The notes below the pieces were generated by a model. That model saw only the letters and a program-made list of their open reading frames with translations, had not been told where the DNA came from and did not search any database. Below are positions 37,165 through 49,954 of a stretch of 64,000 nucleotides of DNA, piece by piece. A program made the position numbers and the translations under genes. The stretch's first letter is position 1, and each line of letters opens with the position of its first letter. Location of the stretch: assembly GCF_036321535.1 (NCBI RefSeq), contig NC_087436.1, positions 93,932,001 through 93,996,000 of the forward strand, given 5' to 3'. The DNA is from Camelus dromedarius. Taxonomy: Eukaryota.

Positions 37165-37556
37165 AGGGGGCACATGGGCAGTTCACAGGCAAAATGAGGG
37201 CCCCAAGATGTGTTTGTTCTTCCATGCACTACTGTCCCTCCCTGTCTTAAAAAATCCAATCAGTTGCCCACATTTAAACTTTAAGAGAATTTTCTCTCTC
37301 ACTCTGTCTCCACTCCCCAACCCCCAACACCATCTGGATTTGTCTTGTTAGAAAACAAAACAAAACAAAACAAAACAAAATAAAACAAAACAAAACTTAG
37401 TCAGTACCTGGCCTGTATCCACCTGGCAACTGCCAGCTAGAGTGGGTGTGGGCTGCCCCTTCTGCCCGTTGTGGTTGGGGAAAGCCCTTTCCAGTTGGGC
37501 ATAGCCCTCATCCCCTCTTAGTGAGGCCAAAGGTCAGACCATTTGAGTTGCTGTTT
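37165..37556. mobile_element. MER102-like hAT-Charlie element containing an (AAAAC)n microsatellite (37351-37396)
   Basis: 'agatgtgtttgtt..cagttgcccacatttaaa..ctggcaactgccagctagag..ggctgcccct..catttgagttg'. Confidence 0.55.
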
Positions 37557-37741
37557 CTTCTAATTAATGGAATTAGAAGAAAGTGAAAGATGAGCTCTTG
37601 TCTCTATCAAAAGCAGAAAAAAGAAACCAAAGTAGCTGCTTCCCTCAGGGCCTTCCCTGCCCCATAAGGACTTAGGACCTATGTCCTCTGCTTTACCACG
37701 TGCTCATCGCTTGCTTAATACCAGAATTAAGGGGAAAAAGA

Positions 37742-37975
37742 GGTTTTATTGAGATAGGAGTCACACTCCATATAGTTCAGCCATTTAAAGTGCACAGTTC
37801 ACTGGATTTTAGTATATTCCTAGATCTGGGCAGCCATCACCCTAGTCGATTTTTGAACACTTAAACAGTCATTTTACCACCGTCAGTCTAGAAAATTTTC
37901 ATCAGAAAGATGAAAGAAACCTTTAGTTATCACCTCTCTATCCCCCTTCCCCCTCAGTCCTCAGCAATATCTGAT
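37742..37975 (-). mobile_element. Old L1 3' fragment
   Basis: 'tttattgagatag...ccatttaaagtgcacagttcactggattttagtatattc'. Confidence 0.7.
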
Positions 37976-38232
37976 CAAATATCAGAATTTTTGATGGCAC
38001 TCCAGAGGGATTGAAAGAGAAACAATGCGAGACGTGTCAGCCAAAATTCCGACACAGACACGCAGACACTGCTGGAGTGACAGTGTCTCCCATTGCCAAC
38101 GAGTGAGAGAGAGAGACAGACACGCACGCACACAGATTATCATCATTGCTTCTCCTTGTCACCTTTCCCTGGCTGCCCTCTTTCATAAATTCCTGGTACA
38201 ACCTTCTCTCTTGGGCTCTTTCTTGGAGTCTT

Positions 38233-38369
38233 TCATTTATTTATTTATTTTGGGAGGGGGAGGTAATTAGGTTTATTTATTTTTTCTTTTTAGACGAGGT
38301 ACCGGGGATTGAATCCAGGACCTTGTGCATGCTAAGCACGTGCTGTACCACTGAGCTACACCCTCCTCC
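38233..38369 (-). mobile_element. tRNA-Ala-derived SINE with perfect 17-bp TSD
   Basis: ctctttcttggagtctt at 38216-38232 and 38370-38386. Confidence 0.95.
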
Positions 38370-41235
38370 CTCTTTCTTGGAGTCTTAATTCAAGCAGTTA
38401 TTTATAGTTGTAGGCAGCTCATCACTACATCCCGAGACTAAGAACCCAGGCAGCTGTCTCTGGGATCCGAGAGAATGGAGACAGTGGGAACTAACATAAA
38501 TTTGTCTCCTTGGTCAAAGTCCAGCTACTGCCACACCTGGGAAGCTTCTAGGCTCTCATCCCAGCCAGTGAATTTGCATGTGAATTTCAGAGACATAGTG
38601 CTCTTTTTGCTTCAGTGTTTTTAAGGTTGTGTTATGGCTTCCTCCCCTACCCTAACACTTCAAGGCGCAGTTGGTCAGTTTGAGGTAGACGTATGTAAAG
38701 ACCTTCTAGGTGTTGTCATTACTCTCATCGAGTATTCACAGTTGTGACACTTTGAATCCTGAAAGGGAAACCACCCCAGAAGTAATTACCTTGCTGGAGA
38801 ACCATTGAATTTTAAATAAGGAAGTTTCAAGGATGCTGGGATGTTCCCTCAGGAAGCCTGCCTGACTCACCTTTCCTGCAGGCACCATTCCTGTTGGTCT
38901 AAGATTGTCGTATTGAACAAATAAAATCATTGGTTGTTTATCTGAGATTCGGATGTCACTTGGCATTCTGTTGTAGCTGGCAGCCCTCTTTGGCCATAGG
39001 CCGGAATGTATCATGGCTTTGTGTCCACTCTGCGCCCCTGGTCCTTTGAGTTGCAGGGTCTGGGAGGGCTTTGCACACCTCAAAGAAGTGGGAAGTCAGT
39101 GGGCCAGGCACTGGGCTGGGGTCCCCTTCCCAGTTGACAGTCAGGCCCCATGAACTGAGGAGGCAAAAGAGGTTCTAAAAAGAAATAGACTTTGATGCCA
39201 CTCATGGTGGCCCAAATTTTGGGCCTGGCTTCAAGGCCTTGACACCAGGCAAGTCCCTATAATTCCTGGGAACTACAATTTCATCTTTTTACTTCCTTGG
39301 AATGAAATCAGTGAAAATGCCAGTGACCAGCCTTTGTTTAGGGCACTACCATTAACTTGTCTAATGTAATTAGTAATCCTAATTGGTGTGGCATCCTCCT
39401 CACTCTGCCCTGGGCATCTCATTTAATTTTTACAACTGTCTTTGGAGGGTGTCATTATGATGCCCATTACCTAGACAGACCAAGGGTCTGAAGGGTTAGG
39501 GGAAGAACTCCACTCAACCTTCTCCAATATTTTATTTAGTGAAGTCAAGTTAAAACGAACCCCAACACATTCCTGGATGGGGAAAGAATTCATAGAAGTG
39601 GAAGGAAAAAGCAGTTCCACTTATTTTGTCTTTGTATTTAGTGTCCACATTCTCCCCGCCCCCAGCATCGAGTGCATGGCACATAGTCTTAACACATGTT
39701 TATTGAATGAGTAAATGTTTAGAAGCACAGGGCCACTTGTCTCTTCCTCAGTATCACCCCCCACCCATGCTGTCCCCTCAGCTCCTCCTTGAGTCCTGTC
39801 CATGGCCCCAGCAGCCCCTTATCACCTCCACTCCTCAAGGATTCCCCACATCTAAGTCTCTGAGTCTGTTTGAACAGGTCTTTCCTTTGTCCCTTCCCCT
39901 GCTTGTCTCCCTGGATACCTCAATCCTCCTCATTCTCAGTCCCATTGCAAGTCCTGCCACCTCCGCCAAGTCCTTTCCAGCCATCCCAACACAGAATTCT
40001 CCATTCTCAAATCTTCCAACAGTTAGTGTATATCACACATTTTATCCCGTGGCAGAACAGGAAGTTTCCTTTAGTAATATTCAGTCCAAATCATTTTATG
40101 GGTAAAGACACTGAGGACCAAGGAACAGTGTGCTTCGGGTCACACTGTTAAATGAAGTATTTGTTCAGTGCCTGTGTACAGCTGTTCTGAACCCATACCC
40201 CCTCCAATCCCCATTCACTCCATCATGGTGCTAGCTTATATTTACCTCCTGTGAGTATATATGCATTGTCTTCTGTAAGCTAATCCAGAAAACACTCTTA
40301 AAAGGGAACTCAGGTCTTCTAGGTTGGCAATGGAGAGGGTCACCAGTGGGGAGGGGTGTCTGGTCCTCCTAGCTGTGACTCTTGTTTCCAAGGACCACCT
40401 TCTCTATGGACAGCTCTCACCAATTAATATCCCCCCCTACCCCCGCCGCACCCTGGCTGTTCTCAGTAGCAAGAACAGGATTGCTGCCCCCACTTTAAAA
40501 CTTGAGTCTAAGCTGGATATAGGATGCTTGAGGGGGTGGACTAGCACAGAAGGTGAGATACGACTAGATACTCTGGCTAACCACATAAGGCTTGTCCACC
40601 TTTACTTGCAGTTGGGCCTTTACTCTCGGTCTCCTTCCCTCACATTTCCATGAAGTGGCAGTTGCTATTAACTCTCCAGAAGCCTGACTCCTCGTCCAGG
40701 AGAAAACCCCAAATCACAGGAGTTTCTGTTGCTGGTGGTCAAAGGCTAATTTTCAAGATATCTTTCTGATTTAAGGTGCCTCTTTTCAGGGTGTCTAACA
40801 TTAGGAATGGTCACATCCTTTAGAGAAGGTATCCACCACCAGCACAACCCAACAGGATTTCCCCCCCATCCCCCGAAAACCTCAACTGGACGAACACATT
40901 GGATCACAACACAGTTATCCCCACATGCAACGTGCTCTGCAGAGAAGTGGGAGGAGGGGGCCTGGAGTTTATGGCCTCTTCCTGACACGTTAATTCTCTC
41001 AGACGCGTGCCCTCTCTTCTCTTTCTTATGGATTCCTGGTCCTGGGACGTTTAGCGTAGTGCTGGGCATGCAGTGAACCCTTGTTGAACTGAGCAGATCT
41101 GACACATCAAGTGTACTTTAGGGAGGGAGCTTGTGGTGGGGGGAAGAGGGTGGTGTGGGAAGAGATGAAGGATGCCATCCCGCTTGCCACCTTCCAGACT
41201 CCAAAGAATGCTCGCTCCACCTTTGTTCCTGGAAC

Positions 41236-41375
41236 GTATTCATTCATTCATTGAACAAGTATTTCTAGAGTGCCTACTATTTGCCAGGCATTGTATTTGG
41301 TGCTGGGCACCAACAATGAATAGAAATAGCCTCTGTGCTTGCCCTACAAAGCTGTGTTCTCCGCATGGTGCTTGA
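41236..41375 (-). mobile_element. L2 3' end
   Basis: 'attcattcattcattgaacaagtatttctagagtgcctactatttgccaggcattgt'. Confidence 0.8.
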
Positions 41376-42277
41376 TGGATGACCTGTCATGATCTCATTA
41401 GTAACAGTAGGAGCGTGGTTAATAAACCATGCTTGATCATGTGCTGAAACACCTTCGTCTTCTGGAGTTGCCTGGATTGCTTTGATTTTCTTGTGAAGTA
41501 TGGATGCTAAGATGGTTTTGCCCCAAGAAGCCCCAGCAATGTGGTTACTCTGGGTTAACCAAGACAGCCGGTATGAGGCAAGAAAATAATAGGCAGTTGT
41601 GTAATGTATGTGCTTTTCTTTATACAAGACCTTTAAAGGTCAGTTTATTAGAGCCTAATGAAACAGTTAGGTATATATATGGGGTCATTTATTTGCTTCC
41701 TTTTTTCTCCAATAAAAGTCACCATTCTTGATGATTGCAAACTAGTTCTGGTGCTCTGAAATGAAAAAGATACTAAGAATGAGGCTCAAAAGGACTTGAT
41801 TTTATTTTCCTTTTTTCATTTTTATTTGGCACACAAATTTCATTCCACATTAATTTTTTCCCCCCGTGTGCAGTAAAGTTTTAAAATAAACAGCAGCAAC
41901 TCTGTTTTCCTAGTTTAAGTAACATGGAAACACCTAATCCTCTTAGTTTTCTTGATTTTGCAAACAAGGATTTGTTGGGATAAAATCTAAGTAGTCCAGT
42001 CACATGGGCTAGGTATTCATTTAATGTCCCAAGTACAACGTGTTAGAAAAGCAAAATAATGAGTTAATAATGTGCCTCACAGCCATTTTCTGTGCGTTAT
42101 TTTTCAACCACTGGTTGTGCAACTGTAACAGAAGCAGTGAATGCAAAGGTAACGCTCCCTGTAAGGCCGGAGCTGTCACTTCACTGTATTGGCTAGCACT
42201 CCTTTCAGCTTTTGGACCTTTCCATTTTGAGCATGTGGGAAAAAAAAAACCCAAAAAACCCACAAAACATGATCTAC

Positions 42278-42783
42278 AGCTACACTTTCCAATGTAATGG
42301 CCACTAGCTGCTTGTGGCCACTGAAATGTGGCTAGTGTGACTGAGCTGAATTTTTTAAATTTTACTTAATTTAAATGTTAAAAGCAGAAAGCAGTGTACA
42401 CACTTCTTTGGTTAAATACAACTTTATTGGGAAGCTTATATGTTTGGAACAACCTGGATGTATGTCTACTTTATCAACTGTAAATTTTATACAATACAGA
42501 TTATTTCCAATGAAAATGTAGCATCCAAATTGGGATGTTGCCATTAGCATAAAATACACACCAGATTTTGAAGACCTCATAAAAGAAATGAATGTAAAAT
42601 ATCTCATTTAGTAATTAATTTTTATCTTGATGACATGTTGAAGTGATAATGTTTTGGATATGCTGGGTTAAAGAAAATGTATTAAAACGAATGTCACCTG
42701 TTCTTTTGTACCTTTTAAATATAGCTACCATAAAACTTAAAATCCCATAAATGTCTCGCATGAATTAATACAGAACAGCACTG
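42278..42783. mobile_element. Charlie1/MER33-like hAT DNA transposon (about 500 bp)
   Basis: 'gccactagctgcttgtggc..ctgaaatgtggctagtgtgactgag...aaaatacacaccagattttgaagac...aatgtaaaatatctcatt...acagcactg'. Confidence 0.8.
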
Positions 42784-43164
42784 GTCTGTTGGACTGGAAC
42801 GAAAGCTTCTGTGTCATGGTCCACAGGGTTCTCACCAATTTACCTTGAGAGAATATCACAGTGAGCTCAGTTAAAAACACAGACAGGGAATTCTGTATCA
42901 TGGCAATCATGACATATATTTAGTAATTCTTATTTTTTTTTCCTCAAAGCTTGTCAAACTCAGGTGGTCTTGGATACTTTTTGATTGCAGAACTGCATCA
43001 CATATTTAATTCCACTTATCTTAGGGGAAATCTCACAATCTAAACTTTGACACTTTAAACAACTCAGCTGGTTAAGAGAATCATTCGATAGTATAGTTTA
43101 ATTAGTCTAGCTATAGGTGATTTTATAAAGCTCTTAAATGATATTTTATGCTGTAAGCACCATA

Positions 43165-43410
43165 GTAATTGTGGTTAAAAGCTCAGATTTTGGAGGCTGG
43201 CAGACTTGGGCTTGAATTCCAGATCTGCCATTTTCTAGTTGTACGACCTTGGACTAGTATTCTCAACTTGCGAAGCCGTGATTTCCTCATCTATAAAATG
43301 GGACAATAATAGTCCCTACCTGATAGCATTTTTATGATGATTAAGAGATACAACCAATGTAAAGGGCCTGGCACGTGAGAAGCTCTCAGTTTGTTGATAA
43401 TTATTAATTG
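43165..43410 (+). mobile_element. MIR
   Basis: 'gtggttaaaagctcagattttggag...tttcctcatctataaaatgggacaataatagt'. Confidence 0.85.
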
Positions 43411-43704
43411 TGAAGGTATCATTGTGCTTGTTATGACTGGCCTTGTAAAGTATCCGACATTGCCCTCAAAGACCCTGTGTGCTGTGCTGCTGTGGTTTCT
43501 GGAAGGCTGTCGGAGCCTCCATTCATTGGCAAGTTGTGTTCAGTGTTAAGAGTACTTGCTCTCCTTGCGTCTTATTCTTGACCTTGCTTTGTTCTCCTTT
43601 TCTCTTTTCTCGTTCTTCACCCTCTTTGGCAATTAGCCTTTGATCCCAAAGTGTCTCTTCTCTAACTTTGTCTTTTGGCACACTCCATATCTCTCTGAAG
43701 GTTC

Positions 43705-44740
43705 TGTTTCTGAGTATGTGTTGAGCACTTCCCGTGAGCCAGGCTCTCTGATAGGTGCTAGGAATACAAAGGGTCAATAACACAGCTCCTACCTTCAAGG
43801 CTCTCACTGACTAGTTAATCCAGGGAGACAGTTTATAAAAAAGGACAATTAAATGTCCCTAATAGAAGTTGGAGGAGAGTCCATTGTGGGCAGAGGCAGT
43901 AATGAGGCAATGGATTCTACCAGGGTGGTGATAAGACAAGACTTCTTAGAGGAAGAGACAGTTGAATTGTTTTGACAAAGTAACAGGCATTGAGAGTAGG
44001 ACTTAAGTTTGGAGAAGAAATAGGCAGGGGCCTGATGTAGACACATGACCTAGCCTAGAGCCAGAATACTGTGTTCAGGAAACGTCAATAGTTTGTAAAG
44101 AACAGTCGGGTCATAGTATAGAAAGATGGAGTTGAGACGAGACATCAGACTGGAGAGAGAGGCAGGGAGCCCATCCCAGAGGACTTGGTATGCTTTGCTG
44201 ACCAATGAGTAGTGAGTGACCCAATCAGACACTAGTTTTGGAAAGATCTCTTTGGCAACAAGGACTGGAGTTAGGAGGAAACCATACAAGGCTGAACCAA
44301 GACGGTAGCTGTGGGAATAGAAAGAAAGGAGACTAGACATGGAGATTCATATGTGGTTGATTGATATTAACTAACCTTATTGTGGTGATCACTTCAAATA
44401 GCTACATATATCAAGTCATTCTGTTGTCCATATTAAGTTTATACAATGCTATCTATCAATTATATCTCAATTTTTAAAGTTAATGTTTCCTTCAAAAAAA
44501 GGGGACCGAGAGTGGATTCCATGAGCCTCAGTGATTGAGGGAGAAGGAGAGTCAGGCGCCATCCAGGGTTCTGGCTTGGTGACTTGAAGGATGTGATCCA
44601 CTTGCTAAGATGGGCACAGAGGAAAGGAAGCAAGTTTGGGGTTAAGAGAATGAGGTCAGGGCAGGACGTGGTGAGTCTGAGGTGCTGCAAGGAGAGGGTG
44701 CAGCAGACAGTTGCTCTTCGGGCTGGAGTTCAGGAGGGCG
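43705..44740 (-). mobile_element. L2 LINE interrupted by an L1 stub
   Basis: 'ttgagcacttcccgtgagccaggc...ttttggaaagatctctttggc...gagaaggagagtcagg..ccagggttctggcttgg'. Confidence 0.75.
44348..44480 (+). mobile_element. L1MA9/10-like 3' terminal stub
   Basis: 'ttaactaaccttattgtggtgatcacttc...tatacaatgctatctatcaattatatctcaat'. Confidence 0.8.
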
Positions 44741-45139
44741 AGCTGGGCCACAGGCTCCACCCCTGCATAGCTGCTGTTGCTTTACCTTGCCTTTTCTTTG
44801 TTTTTTTCTTTGCTTTTTCTTGCCTTTGCCATGCATACAACCGCCAACATCTGCTACACATGGGCATGCAGGTGCACACACGCACACAGACACCCCACCA
44901 CTGCACCATTACCACCACCACCAGCCCTCTCCACCTGCACACACACTCTGAATGCACTTTCTGTTAGTGGGTTAGGAGCTCTCTTCTGAAGAAGGGCTAA
45001 TTTAACCCCACTCCCCACCCTGCTCCTCCTCATCCTCTCACAAGCAGATTGTACCATTCAGGAAGAAAGCTTCCTCTAAGAAACCAAATAAACCATCTCT
45101 ATGTGATGCTTTCTAATTCTCCATCTTCCCAGACGTCCC

Positions 45140-45640
45140 CCTGCAGAGCTCAGCACTCTCCAGTGGTATCTCTGTAGATTGAGAATAAAACCCAGACTTC
45201 TCACCATGCTTTCAAAGCCCATTGTCACGGGACCCTGGCAACCTCCCCAACCTCTGCCTTCATCGCCAGGTTCCCGTTCCTGTAATTAACAGCAAAACGA
45301 GCAAACAAACGCACTTGTTCCTGGCGGGGCATTTGCACAGGGCATTTGTACTTTGTGCCTAGATTATCCTTTCCTCAGATCTCTGCTAGTCCGACTCCAT
45401 TCTTCACCCAGTTCTCAGCACAAGAGTCTCAGAGCGGCCTTCTCTGATCCCTATCCGTCTCCATCCCCTTGCCCTGCTTTATTTACTTAACAGCACTTAC
45501 TGCCAGCTGAAATTTTTTATTTGTTTACTTACGTAGAGCTGGTCTTTCCCCCTGAGCGGGTAAGCTCTGGGTTCCCACACATCCCCAGCACCCAGCCCAG
45601 TGCTGACACATAGCAGGCATTCTTAGATATTTCTATTAGA
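45140..45640 (+). mobile_element. L2 fragment
   Basis: 'gaataaaacccagacttctcaccatg...ctcagagcggccttctctga...cccagtgctgacacatagcagg'. Confidence 0.75.
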
Positions 45641-45780
45641 TGTTCTAAGAGCTTGAAATCTTGGTGAAACACCCCTAAATTAAGGTTTTCCCTCTGCTGC
45701 CAGCCACTACAACTAAGTTGTTTTGAAACAAACTCCAGTTTCTGGAGGGACTTTATCTTTTGGGGTGGATGGGAGGCAGC

Positions 45781-46030
45781 TCCATCAGTCGGATTCCCCA
45801 TAGGAAACAGATGTACACGCAACAGGGTCACTGAGGAGAGATTAATAAAGGGATTATTAGGGTTTAGGGAAATCAACAAGGGATCGTGAGGTCCTGCCAA
45901 GAACCCAGAGAAAATAGAGGCCCTGCCAGGAGCCTTTGGTAAAGGCTGCAGACTCCCTCTGGAACCCAGGATGGAGGCAACCTAGGGAATAAATGCCCCA
46001 ACCTTTCTCTCCTCCAGCCTCTCATCTTCT
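45781..46030 (-). mobile_element. LTR33-like ERVL solo LTR fragment
   Basis: 'atcagtcgg..aggaaacagatgtacac..gaggagagattaataaaggga..agggaaatcaacaagggat'. Confidence 0.6.
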
Positions 46031-46614
46031 GCACATCTTGAACAGGGACTGCACTTACAGCTCCTTTGAAAAACATTGAATGATGTGATAGGGATTTCCC
46101 CAACTTGTGTGGACTTTGAGCCTGATTGAATGGTACATCAAAACTTGCTAAGTGAATATATTCTGAAACCAGAATATTTTGGGTAAATCTTAGGAATGAC
46201 AAGCAACAATTTAACCCTCCATAACAGCATTTCCATAGAACCCCGATGGCCTGATACACAAGGACATTTATGGTGATTTTTGTGTTGTCAGTTCGCTTGT
46301 TTTAGTGCCTAATTTACGACAATCATAAACCTCGATTTGCTTCCCAGGTCAGACAAAATTCTCTGTAGGGAAGTGCATAATTGATGAATCTTCCAGGCCC
46401 TTTCTCTATCTGGGCTGACTCTTTTCTGAGGCTGATAATGTAACTAAAGGGGTAGTGATGCAGCATTATTCTGTCAAGTCATGTATTTTAGGAGCAAAAG
46501 AAAAAAAGGGTGATTTAATTTGATGGCAAAAAACAGTTAAGCTCTAACATAATCTATTCTTTACTGTTTGTTGAGAGCTCATGATGTAGATGCTGAGTTC
46601 CCAAATGTAACAAA

Positions 46615-46810
46615 AAATAATAGCTGCTTCTTTTGAGCTCCCACTGTATACCAGACACTGGAGTCCTTGACATGACATCTAACAAGCTCATGTAGTTGGT
46701 ATTCTTATCGCAGTTTTATGTATGTGATGCATTTGAGGTCATCAGCAAGAAAGGGGGATTTAGGATTCAAACTCGCATCTGTCTGAAACCGAGGGCCAGG
46801 TTCTCGCCAT
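46615..46810 (-). mobile_element. MIR
   Basis: 'aataatagctgcttcttttgagctcccactgtataccagacact...ggattcaaactcgcatctgtctga'. Confidence 0.65.
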
Positions 46811-47715
46811 ATGCGTAGACGCCCTCAGATGGGGACTGCTGGGATCCTTGTTTGAAACCTGCAGTGAGATTAGGGTGAGACTGTGATGCTGGTCCACTTG
46901 GAGGACGGGACTCAGGACGGTCATGAATCACTCTTGCTTTGTGGTGCCCTGGGAATCAGCCACCACAGAAAAGAATGAGGTGAGGAAAAGGCCAAGGGAC
47001 AGGCAGCTGACCCTGCTGGTAAATGCCCACAAGCCAGTCCCCAGATCAACTGTCACTGTGTTTCTGGTCACAGGGCCTCTGCCATGTGTGTGAGGTTCCT
47101 CATTTGCTGTCCACAAGGCTGTCCTGTAGTGTTCTGAGGAATTCTTGGAGCCCTGAAACCAAGAAGAGGATCTAGAGTTTAGGTTCCAAATGAGGAACCC
47201 AAACTCATTGGTTGTGCAGTTTGAGTATCTTTCACAACTAAGAGAAGGTACTAGAAAGTGGGAGGAGGACAATGAGGAAGAGGGAAGGAATCAAGCGTAC
47301 AGGTGAGTCACTTGGATTCTAAGTTTTTTTTTTTTGTAAGTAGAAGTAAACAAATTTAGAAAATATCAGTGAGGTGGTATCATTTGACTTTGCTGATCAA
47401 ACCAAGTTTAGTTGGAGAAAGATTTTGTAGTGGATAGAAGCCCATGATATTTGGCATGTTGGAGTTTAGGGAGAACTAGAATTGGGGAAACACTCTAAAA
47501 GCATTTTTGGGCTCAAAAAATTACTAGATTTTGCTTAAGATTTTCTGGATAGTAATGGTGAGTTTGGGAGAAAATGTTTTGTATTTCTGCTGGTCAATAT
47601 CTACCTTAAAGTCCACTTTCTCAACATAGTAACTCCAAAATATTGGAGAGAAAGACCCACAGGGAAAAATGCTTCAGAAGTTTTCCCCAGAGCTTCCTGT
47701 TAGTGTGGATTTACC

Positions 47716-47745
47716 CGTGTGTGTGTGCGCGCGCGTGCACGCGCA
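47716..47745. repeat. Alternating pyrimidine-purine tract (TG)n(CG)n
   Basis: cgtgtgtgtgtgcgcgcgcgtgcacgcgca. Confidence 0.9.
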
Positions 47746-47909
47746 GTTACTCTGATCTGAATGACCTCCATAAAGTGGGCCCAATGAATTTCCTAGTTCT
47801 CCCCAAAGTCAGGTCTTATTTTTCATAATTACTTAAAAAGTTATAAATAGAATTTTATCTCCATAGTCTGAACAAATAGATTCTGTTTAATTTAGGGTTT
47901 TTGTTCAGT

Positions 47910-48065
47910 GACTGTAGCTGCTATGTTCTGAGCACCTGCTGTGCACCAGGCATTGTGTGAAGCATTTTACGAGCATTATCTGTCAAGCAAGTACTGTCAA
48001 GTACCTCATAGCAAGGACTGTTCTAGTACCATCCACGGATGGAGGAACTGAAGATAGAGACGTTA
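47910..48065 (-). mobile_element. MIR
   Basis: 'tgagcacctgctgtgcaccaggcattgtgtgaagcattttac...ggatggaggaactgaag'. Confidence 0.7.
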
Positions 48066-49129
48066 TGTCTGTTATCCTCTTGATAGCCTAAATAATATAG
48101 TCGATCAATGCATTAATGTGAAAGAGAAAATTATGTATGTACACATATGTGTACATGTAACTTATATATGTAAAAAACTAAAAATGAGTGGAAGTAGAAA
48201 ATGGAGTCAGAGGGAGACCATTTATTCAACAAATATCTGTTAAGTGCCAGGGCAAAAAATCATATTTGTGTGTTTGTTGGTTTCTTTAGGAGGGAATAAC
48301 ACAATGGTATTACAGCCATCTGATCCTAAGATTGGTGCTGAAGTAGCAGAAAACTCCAGAGTTTGAAAATACCTGTGATAAGACAGAGATTTGGGGCTTT
48401 TGGTTTCTTGTTTGGCTGTGTTCCTGTCTCTTTGTAACTTTAAGGTTATTCCAGACATTTTTTAAAAGCATGAAATGCCAAAAAAGAGAGGATCAGGGAA
48501 GAAAACACAGGAATTTTGAAAAATTGGGACAGAGCTGGTGAGCATAAATGGCAGAGGGGAACGTCGTTCTTTTTTCATGGACTCTGACCAGGTACCTGTT
48601 ATACTCTGCATTTGTTTGGACTGTCAGTCACGTGAACTGTTTCCAGAACGGTCTCCATGTAACTATTAACTCCCTGGTCTTTCTGAGGCTGCCTGCAAGG
48701 TGTTAGTCTGCAGATAGTCTGTTGGCCAGGGACCCTTGTGAGCAGGCATTTCCCTGTTTGAAGAAGCCCCTGTGGCTGGCATTAGACTGGTCACTCACTC
48801 ACAGAGAGCTGGAATGTGGATGCGGGGATTGGCTAGATGGAGTTCAGCCTCTTTCCCAGAACTGAAACTGGTCCCATTCCATTTGTCGGCTCAGCACTCG
48901 AGGAAGGCTGTTTCAGGAAGCAAACCCACAAGGAACTAAGAGCACAGTCATGTGTTCATGAGTGACTCACTCAGGGTTTCTACTCTGACACGTGACCCTC
49001 AAGCAACCAAAAGCATGGGGTGAGCTGAAAGTTAATGATTCATTAGGATAGGGGCAGATGGGGCAGGGGGGGGCATTTTATCTGAGCAACTCTCTTCTTC
49101 TCCTGAAATGGCTTGAGTGAGTGACAGGT

Positions 49130-49345
49130 GGCAGCGTCCAGCATGAACTCTGGAACCAGCTTGTTTGCATCTGATCTCCCAGCATCGCCAGCTCTGTGAC
49201 CCTGGGAAAATTATTCAGTATCATTCTACCTCAGTCTCTCTGTCTGTAAAATGGGCACCATCATGATATTACTTCATAGAATTTTTGTGAGCATTAAATG
49301 AAATAATATATACACACTGCTTGTAACAGTACCTGCCACATGCTA
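49130..49345 (+). mobile_element. MIR
   Basis: 'ctgtgaccctgggaaaattatt...cctcagtctctctgtctgtaaaatggg...gtgagcattaaatga'. Confidence 0.8.
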
Positions 49346-49954
49346 ATTACGATTTTTTGGCAAGAAAGGGAAACAACCGTCAATTGCTAAGTCAATTGCT
49401 AACCTCAAACACAGTCCCTTACACTTATTTTACATTTTAGAGTTTGTGAAAGGCTTTCATATTGATCAGAGAATAGATAGTAGTTAGAATGTTTCACATT
49501 TATAAGAAATAGGCTGATGAGAGAGTATAATCTAGGAAAGATAAGGAGAAGGGCCTCCATTCTCAAGGAATGCATTCCATTGCCTGGAGTGCTTCCCCAG
49601 GAGGAGTGTAAGAAAGGTGAGCCAGTGCTGATTGCATACCCTGCCTCTTAGCAAGCTATGTGTGCCCCCAGGGCAGGAGTGTTTCCAGGGCCCCTGTCCA
49701 AAGGACCCCTGACCTGGGTGGGGGTAGAACATGATGAACTTTTGATAAACCAGAGACCCCAGGGGGCTCCACCCAGCCCCATTGGGGCTGTTTGCCAAGA
49801 GGCAGTCTCCAGGTACCGAGAGCATCTGAGAGAGTAAACCCTTTCTTTCTCTCCTGGAGCCAGACCTTGGGAGCTTGTTACCTGTGAGAAAAGAAAGGCC
49901 CAGGGAAAAACTCCAAATGACCAAATGGCACTGTGCCCTTGGCCAACAGAGTGG

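Noticed and set aside
36867..37259. 130-aa ORF ending 'WKLPKCPSTDERINKMW...' (similarly 35544-35786)
   Set aside because: Degenerate L1 ORF2 C-terminus/3' UTR remnant fused to unrelated sequence
44584..45057. Six overlapping ORFs on both strands
   Set aside because: Caused by L2 sequence plus a CA/CAC-rich low-complexity tract lacking stop codons
49379..49402. Short tandem duplications (gtcaattgctaa x2; also near 9815 and 21786)
   Set aside because: Two-copy slippage duplications with no spacers; not CRISPR-like or array-like
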